The translations under genes were made by a program, and so were the position numbers. The notes beneath the pieces were generated by a model that was given only the letters and a program-made list of their open reading frames with translations, was not told the DNA's origin and searched no databases. Below, piece after piece: positions 61,412 to 64,000 of a stretch of DNA of 64,000 bases (its first letter is position 1; every line of letters starts with the position of its first letter). The stretch comes from Mytilus trossulus (lineage: Eukaryota): NCBI RefSeq assembly GCF_036588685.1, contig NC_086384.1, forward strand, positions 19,282,001 through 19,346,000. Direction: 5' to 3'.

Positions 61412-63839
61412 CACTAAGCAAAACACTTCACAGAAAGTTAAAGATTCTGCGACACCAACTCTGTAAGTAAACGGGGATTTACTTATGTGTTTCAGCGGGA
61501 AAAGTGAGAAGTTCCTGTTAAGATATTTGCAGCTGTCGAAGTGTTTATTTTCTAAAATCTGGCGATAAGTCGATGATATAGCAATTAACAATTGTGGCAC
61601 GCAGTAGACGAGTTGTGTTTATGACAAATGTATCATATTCGTGATCATTTGTGAAAGAGATTATCCGTAACAATCAAACGAGTCACAAAAAGCGTCATTG
61701 AAATAATATATCACTTCAGTGTTTTATTAATAACCTTTTGTTCCGTAGCTAGCATAAAATCTGCAACTCCAATAAGCAAATCACGATTGGAAACACTAGT
61801 TCGGGAAATTGTTATTGGGAAATAATTGATAAAAATAAAACAGTTGAGAAAATAGAAAAAAATGGTCGAAAATTAAACAGAGAATAATGGCGTGCTAAAG
61901 ACGGTGTACTAAAGTATATATACAAATAATTGAAAATAACAGGCATATAGATAAAAGAAAAAATAGAAATGAAGAATCATCGTTCAAGACTGTTATAAAC
62001 TTTATCAATCTACACTCATTTGTCTTTCTAATTCGATTATCTTATTCATCCAACCTTCTTTCCTTTACTATCTATTCTTCCTTCCATTTTCATAGTAAGG
62101 TCCTTAAGTAAGTGTTTGTTCTGGACGTAAACAATGACGATTATTCCACTGTCACGTGCTGTCTCGCTTAAATCCGTATCATATTTACCGAGCTTATGAC
62201 GTAAGAAAAGTCGTTGATCTCTTACAGCTGTTACATATTGTGGGGTGTTGGATATGATGATGGATAACTTTCTTGCGTATTTTGAACCTGATGTCTCAAT
62301 TCATTCTAATTTAAATGTACATATATAGATTTTGAGCGAGTATTAAATTCCTTATTATGTAATCTCTGTCAGACCATCGTCAAAAAACATCATACATGTG
62401 GTAGTTTCACCAATTTAAAAGGAAAAGTACACATTTATATTTAAGTATATAGTCTAGAATTGGGCGATATATAAGATTTTGAAGAAATGATATGTTGTGT
62501 ACTTTAGAACTAGTTGAACTGCATATGTATGACTATAGCACATGCAAATTTTGTTCACGTGAAATTCACCTCAAAAGAGCTTATACGTGAAATTCACGCG
62601 AAATTTACCAAAATTACAATGTATACTGTTGTTTTCTATGTTTTAAACACAGTTTGAAAATTAAGATTTTTTTTAAATGTCTACCTCTTAAAATGCATAG
62701 AATGTAATTGGCAAAAAGCTATCATTTTTGTCTTTTTAATTTCATTTACTCAAAAATCTTTACAAATTTTGCATTTGAACAGTAATGAAATACAATTAAT
62801 TCTTTAAGTAAGTAAACATGATTTTACATTTGTCATTTGGTGGCCTTTTATAGCTGACTATGCGGTATTGGCTTTGTCCATTGTTGAAGGCATAACGGTG
62901 TCCGATAGTCGTTAATTTTTGTATCATTTAGTCTCTTGTGAAGAGTTTCCTCATTGGCAATCACAACTCCTTCCTTTTTGATAGGATTTGTTAATCTTAT
63001 TTGCTTTATTTTGTCTGTTTGTATGTTATCAATTTTTACAGGGAGGGGGTGTACACGACAGTAGCTTAGAAATACATGATTAGCAGTTGAAAATTAATTT
63101 ATAATGTAAGCTTTTAATATGTTCCCAGTTTACATAATAATAGTTGTTTGTTCATGATGTCCGGTCTAAGATATATGCCCTTGTTGTACTTGTTGACGTA
63201 AATTGTGGTTTTTCTATGTCATTCTGGTTTGGCATCATTCAAGGGAAATTTTGGCAGATACTACCATCCTTATGTACTTATACCAAGAGTTCATTAAACC
63301 AAGTCACGAACGTCATTAGAAATCATCTTTCTACTTGTACAATGTATGCAGCAAACAAAACAGTTTATTAGTGTCAGAACCGTTTTTTTTTTTAAAACAT
63401 GCTTTTTTTTTTTATAAATGTTAAGTGACATATAATATAAAGGATATCTCTATAAAAAAAATTAAGCAGACACAAAAGATTATTTTAAAATCCGAAAGTA
63501 CGTCTACCTATATACGCGGACATTGTTCTATATATTAACATCTCTATTAAAAATAGTGCGTGGGAAAAGACCGTTTCAGAACACTTCAATTTAAAAAAAT
63601 AAAGATGAAGATGTAGCTTTGGTTTGTACGCCTTGAAAACAAATAACGTCATACATTCGTTTGTCTTTTGTTTTTATCCTTTCCAGACTTCAAATATGCA
63701 TATAGTATGTATGAATACTTATTTTACAAAAAGACATAAGGCAAATAAATTTCAGAAACTAATGTCTAGTAATCGCGATGAAGTTTCTCCTCCGGGCTTG
63801 AAACTCTATAAGTTTGGGATGAAAATTTCAGGAACTCAA

Positions 63840-64000
63840 TTTTCGGCTCTCCCTTGACACCATTTGCGAGTATGGTCTTAAGGAAGCGATGATAGTCCGT
63901 CGGACGGGGACGATAAATGGCTGACCCGTGTTAAGAGAGAGCCATATCTCTTGCACGTTAAAGACACCCTTGTAGATTTCGAAAAAGAGTAGGCTAATGC
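63840..64000 (+). mobile_element. SINE with Deu/Nin-like central domain, running off the window end (degraded copy ~5347-5440)
   Basis: gtccgtcggacggggacgataaa...gcacgttaaagacaccc...ttcgaaaaagagtagg resembles the Deu/Nin SINE core. The same motifs recur at 5347-5440. Confidence 0.6.

Overview
AT-rich, repeat-dense eukaryotic genomic DNA. The repeat content suggests a bivalve mollusc, most likely Mytilus (inference). It holds one clear host gene: a nuclear receptor of the NR0B (SHP/DAX1) type that lacks a DNA-binding domain (+ strand). Its coding exons are 50792-51992 and 53764-54005 (480 aa), with a probable non-coding first exon ending at 48745. It sits in a repeat-poor island with clustered nuclear-receptor response elements. 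The rest is mostly mobile DNA. (i) A 5'-truncated but nearly intact non-LTR retrotransposon (RTE-X-like, - strand, 12706-17144), whose ORF1, endonuclease and RT share one reading frame. (ii) About a dozen type I hammerhead ribozyme motifs in ~360-bp retrozyme monomers and tandem arrays, at least one with an intact catalytic core, plus relics of a possible second hammerhead family. (iii) Many Penelope-like RT fragments. (iv) TTAA- and TA-flanked MITEs, a HINE-like element, SINEs and a 61-bp-arm palindrome. (v) A 40-bp satellite of ~54 copies with a hidden 720-bp higher-order duplication. (vi) Nested inverted segmental duplications across 0-30 kb. No rRNA, tRNA or CRISPR array is supported. Coordinates of degraded repeats are approximate.
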